Shown here piece by piece: positions 8,857 through 18,122 of a stretch of DNA of 64,000 bases; position 1 is the first letter of the stretch; each line of letters begins with the position of its first letter. Both the position numbers and the translations under genes were made by a program. Source of the stretch: an uncultured delta proteobacterium (GTDB lineage: Bacteria > Desulfobacterota > Desulfobacteria > Desulfobacterales > JAHEIW01); the NCBI GenBank assembly GCA_963706575.1, contig CAVPNL010000004.1:352001-416000 (forward strand), written 5' to 3'. The notes under the pieces are model-generated. The model was given only the letters and a program-made list of their open reading frames with translations. It had not been told where the DNA came from and searched no databases.

Positions 8857-9756
8857 TTATTCTTGCCGCCTACCTAATATTAATGCTCTGGAGAAGCCAG
8901 CTTGACCTGCTATAGTTCCTTTAAAAGATTGACCATCTGAAGAAAGTTGCAGCTTAAGAAAATATGTAGACGCATTATCACCTTTTAATTTTCCCTCGAA
9001 ATTACTCCCAACAACCTTCCCCTTAATATTAAATAAAGAATCTTCGGTGGATAGCACCGTGTTGTCACTTTGCTTTAAGGCCCATGTGCCTGTTGTATTA
9101 CGGTATCCGCTAACTATCCATTTCCCGCTCCAGGGTTCGATTGGGTTCACTTTAGCAGGAGAAAAGGCCGCGATGGGCTTGTCGGCTGTCTTTTCAGGTA
9201 GCCTTTTAGGCTTAACAACATAGCCCAGTGACTCAATTTGGCCTTTCAGATCCTCAGCCACATCATTGGCAACATCTTTAAAAACAGTCTTCCAGGCGCC
9301 AATTGTATATCCCCCTCCGGCAACGACTTCGCGACTTGCTATAGCCGATCCGACCTTATTGTTTTTGTCATCCTTTAATTCACATCGAATCGATAATTCA
9401 GTGGCTCCCCATCCGGGCATCACCCAGCGTTTAAAGGCACTGCCCTTTTTGTAGCCGACGATTCTGCTTTCCATAATCAAAGCAGGTTCCTTCCCCCCTA
9501 ACCACAGCAAGTCTTCTTCAAGAAGCTGATCCTCCAGTGCATCAGCCAGCATCTCTTCAATATCAATATCAAAGTCGAATCCGGTATCATTGACAACTTT
9601 ATCCACCTTAATGCTCACATCCTCTTTGGGAATATACGCTTTATTTAACTTTACCTGGTGCTGAACATTGGCACATCCTCCACAAATAAGGGTCAAAAAT
9701 CCAATCAAAAAGATGCCCATCACGATTTTTGCATAATTACTCTCTGAAACTTTCAT
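8857..9756 (-). CDS. Lipoprotein (DUF4410-like) sharing a C-terminal module with the caspase
   Basis: Lipobox-like GGC; GSAFKRWVMPGWGA motif; last ~90 aa homologous to the end of 7210..8358. Confidence 0.75.
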   Translation of the reverse strand: MKVSESNYAKIVMGIFLIGFLTLICGGCANVQHQVKLNKAYIPKEDVSIKVDKVVNDTGFDFDIDIEEMLADALEDQLLEEDLLWLGGKEPALIMESRIVGYKKGSAFKRWVMPGWGATELSIRCELKDDKNNKVGSAIASREVVAGGGYTIGAWKTVFKDVANDVAEDLKGQIESLGYVVKPKRLPEKTADKPIAAFSPAKVNPIEPWSGKWIVSGYRNTTGTWALKQSDNTVLSTEDSLFNIKGKVVGSNFEGKLKGDNASTYFLKLQLSSDGQSFKGTIAGQAGFSRALILGRRQE

Positions 9757-10200
9757 TAGTCTTCTCCCAATTGTTCATTAAAGGTTTTTTGGGATTTCGA
9801 TTTAATAAACATCTTAGGAAGCCAGGCTGAATAGAGCATCAGAAATGTCGGGCCGGTTTAACAGGCAAAAATCAGCAAAATATAGAATTGAGAGCAAGTA
9901 TAGAGCGCAGATTCAATACAGGCAGCCGGTGAGCTTACCATTAATCACATGATATTTTAAAACATATGAAAATTTCAAGATAAATCCAATTGTGAGATCG
10001 TTAGCTGAGTAACCATAAGTGGCCAATATTGCAGATATGAAACGGATATCATAAAATTCAGGCATTCAGCTGGAGAGCAGTATTTGCTTACCGGAGGTCC
10101 GCCTGAAGCGGATTGAAGGATTTGAAGCGAGGCACCAGCAAAGATATCGGGTCAAAGGACATTTTTAAGCTGGCTTATAGCGCTCTTCGTTCAATATGAT

Positions 10201-10518
10201 TTAAAGGGGTTCAATAAAAACCCACAGTTTTCCCCCGCAGACATCTCCCCCTTTGGTACCCAGATCATCGGTGAGGTCGATTTCAAGGATCTGGGGCTTT
10301 TGGGTGACCAGTGTGCTGCGTAAAGCGGCACTGCGAGCCTGGCTTTCGCCGCAGCCGCCCCCGATCGTTCCATAGGTCGTGCCATCCATACATATGATCA
10401 TTTTTGCGCCAGGCTCCCTTGGTGTGGAACCCGCCGTTTCGATGATCGTGGCAAGGCAAACCGTTATCTCCCTTTCCTTTAGCTCCATTAATTTTTTAAA
10501 GATTTCCAGATCATTCAT
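10201..10518 (-). CDS. XdhC/CoxI family protein (stand-alone N-terminal domain)
   Basis: GSTPREPGAKM, GTIGGGCGE and CGG motifs. Confidence 0.88.
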   Translation of the reverse strand: MNDLEIFKKLMELKEREITVCLATIIETAGSTPREPGAKMIICMDGTTYGTIGGGCGESQARSAALRSTLVTQKPQILEIDLTDDLGTKGGDVCGGKLWVFIEPL

Positions 10519-11282
10519 AAGTCAATTCCTACCGCATTCCTTAGGGCGCGCGCCTGGGCCGGACCTTTCCTGCGAACACAGACCAGCTCGGACACAATCG
10601 ACAGGGCAATCTCTTCGGGCGACTCGGCCCCGATGGGAAGCCCGATGGGTGTGAAGACATCCTTCAACCTTGTCCGGGAAAATCCTTTTTCCGCCAGCAT
10701 TTCAAGAACGAAACGCACCCGCCTGCGGCTTCCAATGAGGCCGACATATGCGGCTTTCTTTCTCAGTATTTCAATTAAACAGTCCGCATCGTGCTCGTGG
10801 CCCCTGGTAATCACTACGACATATGTGGCCGGACTGAAATGGTAATCACGCAAAGCGGCCGTGAAATCCTCGGCAATGACGTTGCAATTTGGAAAACGAG
10901 AAGGACTGGCAAAATCAGAACGGTCGTCGATGACCGTCACCCGAAAACCCAGTCGCTGGGCAAAATGGGCTAAAGGAATGGCGATGTGACCTGCTCCGCA
11001 CAGAATTAACTCGGCATCAGGGGAGATAATATTTAGAAAAACTTTAACCCCGGCCTCCATTTCAGCCACCTGGCTCTTATTTTCCTTGAACGCTTTCTGC
11101 GCCAGGCCGGCTAAACTGGAATCCAGTTGAGTTGATCCCAGAGAACCCTCTATGGTTCCATTATCGAATACAATTGCTTTTTGGCCGGACCGGACATCAC
11201 CGATGTTTGAGGCCAAAACAGTTGCCAGACAGAAGCTTTTTTCCTTTTCTATAAGCTCAACAATTCGAACGTGAGTATCCAT
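10515..11282 (-). CDS. xdhC: XdhC/CoxF family molybdoenzyme maturation factor (Rossmann domain)
   Basis: GAGHIA, TRGHEHD, YVGLIGSRRR and PIGLPIGAESPEEIALSI motifs. Confidence 0.88.
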   Translation of the reverse strand: MDTHVRIVELIEKEKSFCLATVLASNIGDVRSGQKAIVFDNGTIEGSLGSTQLDSSLAGLAQKAFKENKSQVAEMEAGVKVFLNIISPDAELILCGAGHIAIPLAHFAQRLGFRVTVIDDRSDFASPSRFPNCNVIAEDFTAALRDYHFSPATYVVVITRGHEHDADCLIEILRKKAAYVGLIGSRRRVRFVLEMLAEKGFSRTRLKDVFTPIGLPIGAESPEEIALSIVSELVCVRRKGPAQARALRNAVGIDL

Positions 11283-11334
11283 AAATCCACCGAATTAAGC
11301 ATTTCTTTAACTTTTTTAACCCTTCTCAAATCGA

Positions 11335-12255
11335 TTATTCTTTACCTCGATAATAACGCATGGAGTCCGTTGAGTAAATAGCAAGGGCGGTCCATATGAG
11401 AATAAAGGTTACCACCTGGGCGCTTGAGAAAGGTTCACGAAATAAAAAAACGGCCAGAATGAACATACAGCTGGGAGCGATGTACTGCAGCAGCCCCAAG
11501 GTTGACAGATACAGCCGCCGGGCGCCCAGGGTAAAACATAGTAGTGGCACCGCGGTAAGCGGTGCGCAGCCCATCAACAACAGGTCCAGTTTCAAACTGA
11601 CCCGGAAAATTGAGCCCTGGCCATGGCTATCGAGATAAAAAAGATATACTAAAGCCGGGATTGAAAGCAACAGGGTTTCCACAGTCAATCCCACCAGCGA
11701 CCCAACCGGGGCGACTTTGCGTATCAGCCCGTAAATCCCAAAGGTTACACCCAGCGTTAAGGCAATCCAGGGAAACTCACCGTAGTAAGCCGTAAGATAA
11801 ATAACGCCGGCTGTGGCCAGCGCCACGGCCAGAATCTGCAACGCTCGCAATCTTTCTTTAAGAAAAACCACTCCCAGCACCACATTGACCAGAGGATTGA
11901 TGTAATAGCCCAGGCTGGCCTGTAACAGGTGGTCACTGTTGATCGCCCAGATATACAGCAGCCAGTTGCCGCCGATAATCAGGGCGGTAAAGAAAAGTAT
12001 GAGCAGGGTGCGGGTGTTTTTCAAGGCATCGATAAGTTCCCGCCCGCGCCGCATCATAATTATCAACGGTAACAGAAAGATAAACGACCAGACGATGCGG
12101 TGCAAAATGATCTCAAACGCCGGAACCGCCCGCATCGCTTTCCAGTATATCGGGCTGATCCCCCAGATCAAAAATGCCGAGGATGCATACACCACCCCTA
12201 ATATCGTATCCGAGTGGAGATTGGGTTTTGTTGTTTTGGATATAATCGACTTCAT
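11335..12255 (-). CDS. rarD: RarD family EamA transporter
   Basis: EIILHRIVWS, SLGYYINPLV and LQYIAP motifs. The ORF-track extension to 12387 runs through a REP. Confidence 0.9.
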   Translation of the reverse strand: MKSIISKTTKPNLHSDTILGVVYASSAFLIWGISPIYWKAMRAVPAFEIILHRIVWSFIFLLPLIIMMRRGRELIDALKNTRTLLILFFTALIIGGNWLLYIWAINSDHLLQASLGYYINPLVNVVLGVVFLKERLRALQILAVALATAGVIYLTAYYGEFPWIALTLGVTFGIYGLIRKVAPVGSLVGLTVETLLLSIPALVYLFYLDSHGQGSIFRVSLKLDLLLMGCAPLTAVPLLCFTLGARRLYLSTLGLLQYIAPSCMFILAVFLFREPFSSAQVVTFILIWTALAIYSTDSMRYYRGKE

Positions 12256-12314
12256 TTGATAGAAAGAACCGGTCGGGATAAATCCCAATGTTGTTGTCTT
12301 AGCGATGATGACAC

Positions 12315-12387
12315 GTGGGAGTGGCTTCCAGCCACGATTGTCAATATTGGCCCGGCTGTGCCAATCGCGGCTAAAAGCCGCTCCCAC
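12315..12387. repeat. REP-like inverted pair (GTGGGAG family)
   Basis: GTGGGAGTGGCTTCCAGCCACGA ... TCGCGGCTAAAAGCCGCTCCCAC; partial copy at ~32518-32533. Confidence 0.75.
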
Positions 12388-12632
12388 AACCCAATAATTT
12401 TTTAGGCCAACAGTATTGGAGATAACCCTGCTCCAAAATGGTTCGAAGAGGTGTATATTTATATTTGTTTTGCAGGCACCATACTCCAGCGCTATAACAG
12501 CGTCAATCGACTTTTTAATGCGGTCGAAAAGAGATTTGACTTTAAAATATGAATCCCCTATTTATCGTACCAGCAGCAGATTCACAAATTAGATAAGCGG
12601 AAATAACCTGCCGCAGTTCGGTTCATAAAATA

Positions 12633-12717
12633 TAACCACAAAGATCACGAAGCGCACAAAGAAAAGCATCTAAAAAAATCTTTTATACCCTTTGTGAACT
12701 TCGTGCCTTCGTGGTTA
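12633..12717. repeat. 9-bp-periodic inverted-repeat element
   Basis: AACCACAAAGATCACGAAGCGCACAAAG ... CTTTGTGAACTTCGTGCCTTCGTGGTT. Confidence 0.75.
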
Positions 12718-12783
12718 AAATAAATTGTCCCAAACAGCACCTTTTTTTATGCCTAAAATCAAAAACGATTAAAGGAGACCCGT

Positions 12784-13749
12784 ATGATTGAAACAAAGAT
12801 AACCCGAATGCTGGGAATCAAGTATCCGATTATCGGCGGTACCATGATGTGGATCAGCAATGCCGATTTTGTGGCCGCCATTTCCAATGCCGGCGGCCTG
12901 GGGGTTCTCGCCTCGGCGATGTATGATTCCCGGGAGGCTTTTGCAGATGCCATTGACCGCATCAGGACGCTGACCGACAAACCGTTTTCCGTCAACATCA
13001 ATCTGTTTCCCGCCATGCGCCAGATGGACAATGATGTCTACATGGAGGTGCTGGAAGAAAAAGAAGTGAAAATCGTAGAGACATCCGGTCATTCGGCGCC
13101 CGAGGAATTATGTCAACGCTTCAAAAAGGCCGGCATGACATGGATTCACAAATGTGTGGGGGTAAGGTATGCGCAAAAAGTCCAGGATCTGGGGGCGGAT
13201 ATCGTGACCGTGGTCGGCTATGAAAACGGAGGGGCCACCGGCAAACTCGACATCGGCACACTGGTCCTGGTTCCGGCCGTGGTGGATGCGGTTCAGATAC
13301 CGGTCATCGGCGGCGGCGGCGTCTCTGACGGCCGCAGCTTAATGGCAATCCTGTCGCTGGGGGCTGAAGCCGTCATCATGGGTACACGGCTGCTGGTGAC
13401 CGAGGAATGCCCGATTCATGACAACCTGAAAAACGCCCTGATCGGCACCAGCGAACTGGACACCACTCTGATCATGCGATCCCTGAATGCCACCCACCGG
13501 GTCTGGCGCAATGCAGCGGCCGATAATTGCACCAATCTGGAAGCCTGCGGTGCGGATTTTCCTGAAATCCTGGAGGTCGTTTCCGGCCTGCGGGCCAAGA
13601 AAATGTACGATGAAGGCGATCTGGATGAAGGGATCCTGGCCTGCGGGCAGGGCATATGCTTTGCCAGAGAAATTCTGCCGATAAAAACGCTTTTTGACCG
13701 CATGATGTCTCAGGCGGAGGAAATCCGAAATAAGATGCAAGCCGCCTGA
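12784..13749 (+). CDS. Nitronate monooxygenase / FabK-like flavoprotein
   Basis: LGIKYPIIGG, SNAGGLG, G.ENGG, IGGGGVSDGR and MGTR motifs; AAGGAG RBS. Confidence 0.9.
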   Translation: MIETKITRMLGIKYPIIGGTMMWISNADFVAAISNAGGLGVLASAMYDSREAFADAIDRIRTLTDKPFSVNINLFPAMRQMDNDVYMEVLEEKEVKIVETSGHSAPEELCQRFKKAGMTWIHKCVGVRYAQKVQDLGADIVTVVGYENGGATGKLDIGTLVLVPAVVDAVQIPVIGGGGVSDGRSLMAILSLGAEAVIMGTRLLVTEECPIHDNLKNALIGTSELDTTLIMRSLNATHRVWRNAAADNCTNLEACGADFPEILEVVSGLRAKKMYDEGDLDEGILACGQGICFAREILPIKTLFDRMMSQAEEIRNKMQAA

Positions 13750-13759
13750 AATAAAAGAG

Positions 13760-13852
13760 CCTCACGCAAAGACGCTAAAAAACCTGCACGCAAAGTTAAA
13801 AAATATCAAACATCCTGTTTTCCCTTGGCGGGCTTTGCGACTTTGCGTGAGG
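13760..13852. repeat. Periodic inverted-repeat element (CGCAAAG family)
   Basis: CCTCACGCAAAGACGCTAA ... CTTGGCGGGCTTTGCGACTTTGCGTGAGG. Confidence 0.7.
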
Positions 13853-13909
13853 AAATGTAAAAGTTTCATAGTTCAACATCGCATTTATTTTATACGGAAG
13901 GGATTTATT

Positions 13910-14716
13910 ATGACTGAAACATCCTGCTTTAAAGTCGAAGCAGATAACCATATCGCATGGTTGACATTAAATCGTCCTGAAAAACGCAATGTTATGGGGC
14001 TGGCCTTTTTTGATGAAATCGGCGCATGCTTTGATGACTTTGACCGTAATCCCGATATTCGTGTCGTGATCATCCGCGCCGAAGGCAAAAGCTTTTCAGC
14101 AGGCACCGATCTTGAAGAAGCCGGGACTTTGGTCAGCCAGCAATCGGCAGACGGGCGTGACAAAATGCAAAAAAGCATTTTGGCGCTTCAAGCGGGTTTT
14201 ACGAAAATCGAAAGCTGCCGCAAACCCGTCATCGCGGCAATCCACAGCCACTGTATCGGTGGCGGGATGGATCTGATCTGTGCCTGCGATATGCGTCTGG
14301 CAACAACGGATGCGATCTTCAGCATCCGCGAAACCCGAATGGGCATTGTTGCTGATCTCGGAACCCTGCAGCGTCTGCCGCATATCATCGGCCAGGGCTG
14401 GTTGCGGGAACTGGCGCTGACCGGACGCGATTTTACGGCACAGGAAGCACTGCAAATGGGGCTGGTTACACGTGTTTGCGACGATCGTCCGGCCCTTTAC
14501 AAAGCGGCTAAAAAGCTGGCGGATCAAATTGCAGCCTGCCCGCCGCTAACCGTTCAGGGGACCAAGGAGGTCATCAATTACAGCCGCGACAACGGCATCG
14601 ACGCCGGGCTGCAATATGTCGCTCAGAAAAATTCAGCAGCCCTGCCCTCAGAAGACCTTTTTGAAGCGGTGACGGCTTTTATGGAAAAAAGAGCGCCGGT
14701 ATTCAAAGGCAGATAA
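13910..14716 (+). CDS. Crotonase / enoyl-CoA hydratase family (dienoyl-CoA isomerase-like)
   Basis: LNRPEKRN, FSAGTDL, CIGGG and ADLGTLQRLP motifs. Confidence 0.92.
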   Translation: MTETSCFKVEADNHIAWLTLNRPEKRNVMGLAFFDEIGACFDDFDRNPDIRVVIIRAEGKSFSAGTDLEEAGTLVSQQSADGRDKMQKSILALQAGFTKIESCRKPVIAAIHSHCIGGGMDLICACDMRLATTDAIFSIRETRMGIVADLGTLQRLPHIIGQGWLRELALTGRDFTAQEALQMGLVTRVCDDRPALYKAAKKLADQIAACPPLTVQGTKEVINYSRDNGIDAGLQYVAQKNSAALPSEDLFEAVTAFMEKRAPVFKGR

Positions 14717-14717
14717 T

Positions 14718-14792
14718 GAGCGCTTCGCTTGAGGAGCACTGCGTTTAAGGAGCGCTGCGCTTAAAGACAAATTAATTTTGCCTCTAACCTAT
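14718..14792. repeat. Three 16-bp tandem units; inverted relative of 34018..34138
   Basis: GAGCGCTTCGCTTGAG GAGCACTGCGTTTAAG GAGCGCTGCGCTTAAA. Confidence 0.7.
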
Positions 14793-14862
14793 AGTTCCGA
14801 CACTAGTTTACGCTCAATTGCAGCGTTTGCCAAAGGACGAATATATATGCTATATGTTACCG

Positions 14863-16344
14863 ATGGCAAAAGCTACTAGCCCCGACCTCCTTACAAATAA
14901 CGGCGATTCTATTCGGTCTCTTTCCGATCGGGATATCGCCATTTCGCCCCATATCAATAATCTTTTTAATATTCCAATCGATTTTTCCGAATTGCTTGAT
15001 GAAATTGCCATCGGGGTTGTAGTCCTGAGCCTGGAGCGCAAGATCGTTGTTATGAATCAAACCCTGAAAGCCCTTACCGGATTCAGCCAGAAGGAGTTTT
15101 GCGGTTTTGACTGCGCCCATATTCTGCGAAGCAATATTTGTCTTCACGACTGTCCGGTGTTGCGTATCGATGAAAAATCCGGTTCACGATGCATCGAAGG
15201 CAATCTTATCAACAAAGAGCGTCAATTAATTCCTATCCGCATCACATCAGCGCCCTTAAAAAACATTAACGGCAAAATTATTGGATTTCTGGAAACGGTG
15301 GAAGACATCCGCCTCCTGCGGAAACTCGATGAAACGTCGAGCCATGCATACAATTTTAACAACATTGTCGGCAGAAGTCCGCAAATGGAAAAAATTTTCC
15401 AGATCCTTCCATCCCTGGCTCAGAGCGATTCATCGGTCTTAATCACAGGAGAAACCGGTACCGGCAAGGACATGGTGGCTGAAACGATCCATCACGCATC
15501 AAACCGAGCAAAGGGTCCTTTTGCCAAGATAAATTGTGGTGCATTGCCGGACACCCTTCTGGAGTCTGAATTATTCGGTCATCGTAAAGGTGCTTTTACC
15601 GGCGCCGTGGAGAATAAGCCTGGCAGAATTCAACTGGCGAATAACGGAACGCTTTACCTGACTGAAATTGGTGATCTTCCACTTGCACTTCAGGTCAAAC
15701 TGCTCACTTTCCTGGATGATAAAGAGGTTTTTCCTTTAGGCAGCATCAAAGGGTTTACCGCCGACGTACGCATCATTGCAGCCACCCACCGCAATCTCGA
15801 AGAGATGGTCAGTGGCGGCCGATTTCGAAAAGATCTTTTATTCAGACTAAACGTAATCCGACTTCATCTACCCCCATTGCGCGATCGACATGGTGATATT
15901 CAGCTGTTATTGGATCATTTTTTGAATACCCTTTCAACCCAGTTGGGGAAAAAAACTCACGTCCTGTCGCGCAAGGCATTAAAAATTTTGCTGACTTACA
16001 ATTATCCGGGAAACGTAAGAGAGCTGAAAAATATCATTGAGTATGCGATAAATATCTGTGGCGATCGACAAATTAAAACCAAACACCTGCCCTCCTATTT
16101 GATGGAACCGGATCCGTTCGATGTCCCTGATGCCGGACAACCGCCGGTCTCCCCTCTCGCCTCAAATACCGGTGCAATCAGTTTTATTCGATCCGAATCC
16201 GACCAGAACTGGCCCGACATTGAAAAACGAATGATAATGGAGGCCCTGATCCAAGCAGGCGGGCGCAAAAACAAAGCCGCAGCTTCACTGGGCTGGGCCA
16301 GAAGCACTCTTTGGCGCAAAATGAGCCAATACGGTATACGTTGA
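14863..16344 (+). CDS. PAS-domain sigma54-dependent enhancer-binding protein
   Basis: PAS domain, GETGTGKD, GAFTGA, FRLNV, YPGNVREL, C-terminal HTH. Start uncertain. Confidence 0.92.
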   Translation: MAKATSPDLLTNNGDSIRSLSDRDIAISPHINNLFNIPIDFSELLDEIAIGVVVLSLERKIVVMNQTLKALTGFSQKEFCGFDCAHILRSNICLHDCPVLRIDEKSGSRCIEGNLINKERQLIPIRITSAPLKNINGKIIGFLETVEDIRLLRKLDETSSHAYNFNNIVGRSPQMEKIFQILPSLAQSDSSVLITGETGTGKDMVAETIHHASNRAKGPFAKINCGALPDTLLESELFGHRKGAFTGAVENKPGRIQLANNGTLYLTEIGDLPLALQVKLLTFLDDKEVFPLGSIKGFTADVRIIAATHRNLEEMVSGGRFRKDLLFRLNVIRLHLPPLRDRHGDIQLLLDHFLNTLSTQLGKKTHVLSRKALKILLTYNYPGNVRELKNIIEYAINICGDRQIKTKHLPSYLMEPDPFDVPDAGQPPVSPLASNTGAISFIRSESDQNWPDIEKRMIMEALIQAGGRKNKAAASLGWARSTLWRKMSQYGIR

Positions 16345-16676
16345 TGGCCTCAAAAAAGATCCTTATTCCTTTATATGAAAATGATGTGGCCCCTCGATTT
16401 GATCTGGCAACAGAGGTTCTGATCGTTACCCATCATGGAAAAGCCGGTTCAGGGGATAAAAGGATGGTGGTCCTGCCGCGAGCGTCGGCAGACAAGCTTT
16501 GCCATCTAATTATCACTGAAAATATCCAGACCGTTATCTGCAGTGGCATCGAGGATGATTACTATCAGTATCTTACCTGGAAGAGGATTGAAGTGATCGA
16601 TTCCGTAGTTGGATCAAGCAATTCGGCCCTGAAGCGCTATTTCAAAAGAAAACTCAAACCGGGTGATATCTTATAA
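16344..16676 (+). CDS. NifB/NifX-family small protein
   Basis: VAPRFDLA...VICSGI pattern; TGATG coupling to the activator. Confidence 0.75.
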   Translation: MASKKILIPLYENDVAPRFDLATEVLIVTHHGKAGSGDKRMVVLPRASADKLCHLIITENIQTVICSGIEDDYYQYLTWKRIEVIDSVVGSSNSALKRYFKRKLKPGDIL

Positions 16677-16946
16677 CAAGCCTTTATTCATCCATAATTC
16701 ACAGCAATTGAAAAAACCTGAGACAGGTAGTCGGTAGCGTTTTCAATGCATCTCCGCGGGCCCTTATTTTTTTCGGAGTCATACGACTAATTCGCGGCTG
16801 AATGTTAAAAATATGGCGAATTATGTTTTAAAATGTATTATTTTGTAGCTATTGATATGATTTAATATGATTTATATCGTTTCAGTAGCATCCCGTCCTT
16901 CCTTCCATCCGTATAAAACTATCTGAAATTATAGCATAAATTATTT

Positions 16947-16963
16947 TTGGCACATGTCTTGCT
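16947..16963 (+). promoter_or_regulatory. Sigma54 -24/-12 promoter
   Basis: TTGGCACATGTCTTGCT matches TGGCAC-N5-TTGC with exact spacing, downstream of a sigma54 activator. Confidence 0.85.
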
Positions 16964-17003
16964 GATGCATAGGACCTGTTGTTTTAAAAAGGCGAATAGA
17001 ACA

Positions 17004-17381
17004 ATGGGTATCCGCATATTGATAATTGAAGCCGAAAATCGCTTTCGTAAAAATCTTTACCAGTGTTTGCAAAAAAAGGGATTTACGGTGGATAAGGTCA
17101 CACCAGAAGACGATGTGGAGACGATCGTTGCCAGAGAAAAAATTGATGTCGTTCTGCTGGGAGTAGATGGTTTGGGTATGGAAGGGTTGGCATTGATCCG
17201 GCCACTCAAAACCATCAGTCCCATGACCGAAATTATCATCATAAACGACTCCAACCACATGGATCTTTCCATAGAAGGGATGGATCTGGGTGTTTTTGAT
17301 GATTTCCTGATTCCATTGGATATCGATTTGTTGGTCAAACGCATCCGGGAGGCTGTCGGGCGGCAAGATCAAAGTGAATAA
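17004..17381 (+). CDS. Atypical single-domain response regulator (pseudo-receiver)
   Basis: Receiver fold, but IIEAE, VLLGVDG and FLIP replace the DD, phospho-Asp and KP motifs. Confidence 0.75.
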   Translation: MGIRILIIEAENRFRKNLYQCLQKKGFTVDKVTPEDDVETIVAREKIDVVLLGVDGLGMEGLALIRPLKTISPMTEIIIINDSNHMDLSIEGMDLGVFDDFLIPLDIDLLVKRIREAVGRQDQSE

Positions 17382-17489
17382 CATTGATTTGGCAAACACC
17401 GAAAGCAAGACGGGTTGGAACCGGACTGAAGTTGCGAATGCGATATGGGTTTCACCTGTAATGACGGTCGAATTATTAGGAGCCTTGAT

Positions 17490-18038
17490 ATGAAAACGAT
17501 AGCGGTAAGAGAATTAATGGTGCCCCTGGAAGATTATGCAACGGTTTCTGTGGATGCGACGCTGCGTGAGGCGGTCCTTGCTCTGGAAAAGGCACAACAG
17601 GCACTTGATGCGTCTCGGCATAAACATCGCGCCATACTGGTGCTGGATGAAAGCGGGAAAGTTGTGAGTAAAATAACCATGAAAGACATCCTGGTCGCCC
17701 TGGAGCCCAATTACGGAAAAGTGGAAGGGATGGGGGTTTTGGAGCGATCCGGATACAGTCCGGATTTGATCAAGGACATGCTCGAAGACAACGCACTGTG
17801 GGCGGAACCGTTGCAGTTTTTTGCTAAACGGGCCACCAAGCTGAAGGTGGCTGATTTTATTCAAACACCATCTGAAGGTGAATATATTGATGAAAATGCC
17901 ACGCTGGGAGAGGCCACCCATCAGTTGATTGCTTATCCTTATCATTCTCTGCTGGTGACCAAAGATGATGAGGTGGTGGGGATATTGAGGCTGTCTGACG
18001 TTTTTACAAAAGTTTGCGATATCATTGCAGGCGGTTGA
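17490..18038 (+). CDS. CBS domain protein
   Basis: LMVPLEDYATV...HRAILVLD...VGILRLSDVF; AGGAG RBS. Confidence 0.85.
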   Translation: MKTIAVRELMVPLEDYATVSVDATLREAVLALEKAQQALDASRHKHRAILVLDESGKVVSKITMKDILVALEPNYGKVEGMGVLERSGYSPDLIKDMLEDNALWAEPLQFFAKRATKLKVADFIQTPSEGEYIDENATLGEATHQLIAYPYHSLLVTKDDEVVGILRLSDVFTKVCDIIAGG

Positions 18039-18122
18039 CGCTGAATTTAGGCAGAATCAAAGGGCGTGCGAGATTTATTAGAAGCCAAATTTTAATGTGA
18101 CACTTAACTTAGGAGTTTTTTG

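Noticed and set aside
7210..9141. Diversity-generating retroelement (VR/TR pair)
   Set aside because: No reverse transcriptase is in the window, both copies are coding, and differences include third positions and an indel rather than being adenine-restricted. Kept only as a duplicated variable module.
16344..16676. Nitrogen fixation locus
   Set aside because: Only a NifX-like small protein is present; there is no nifHDK or other nif gene.
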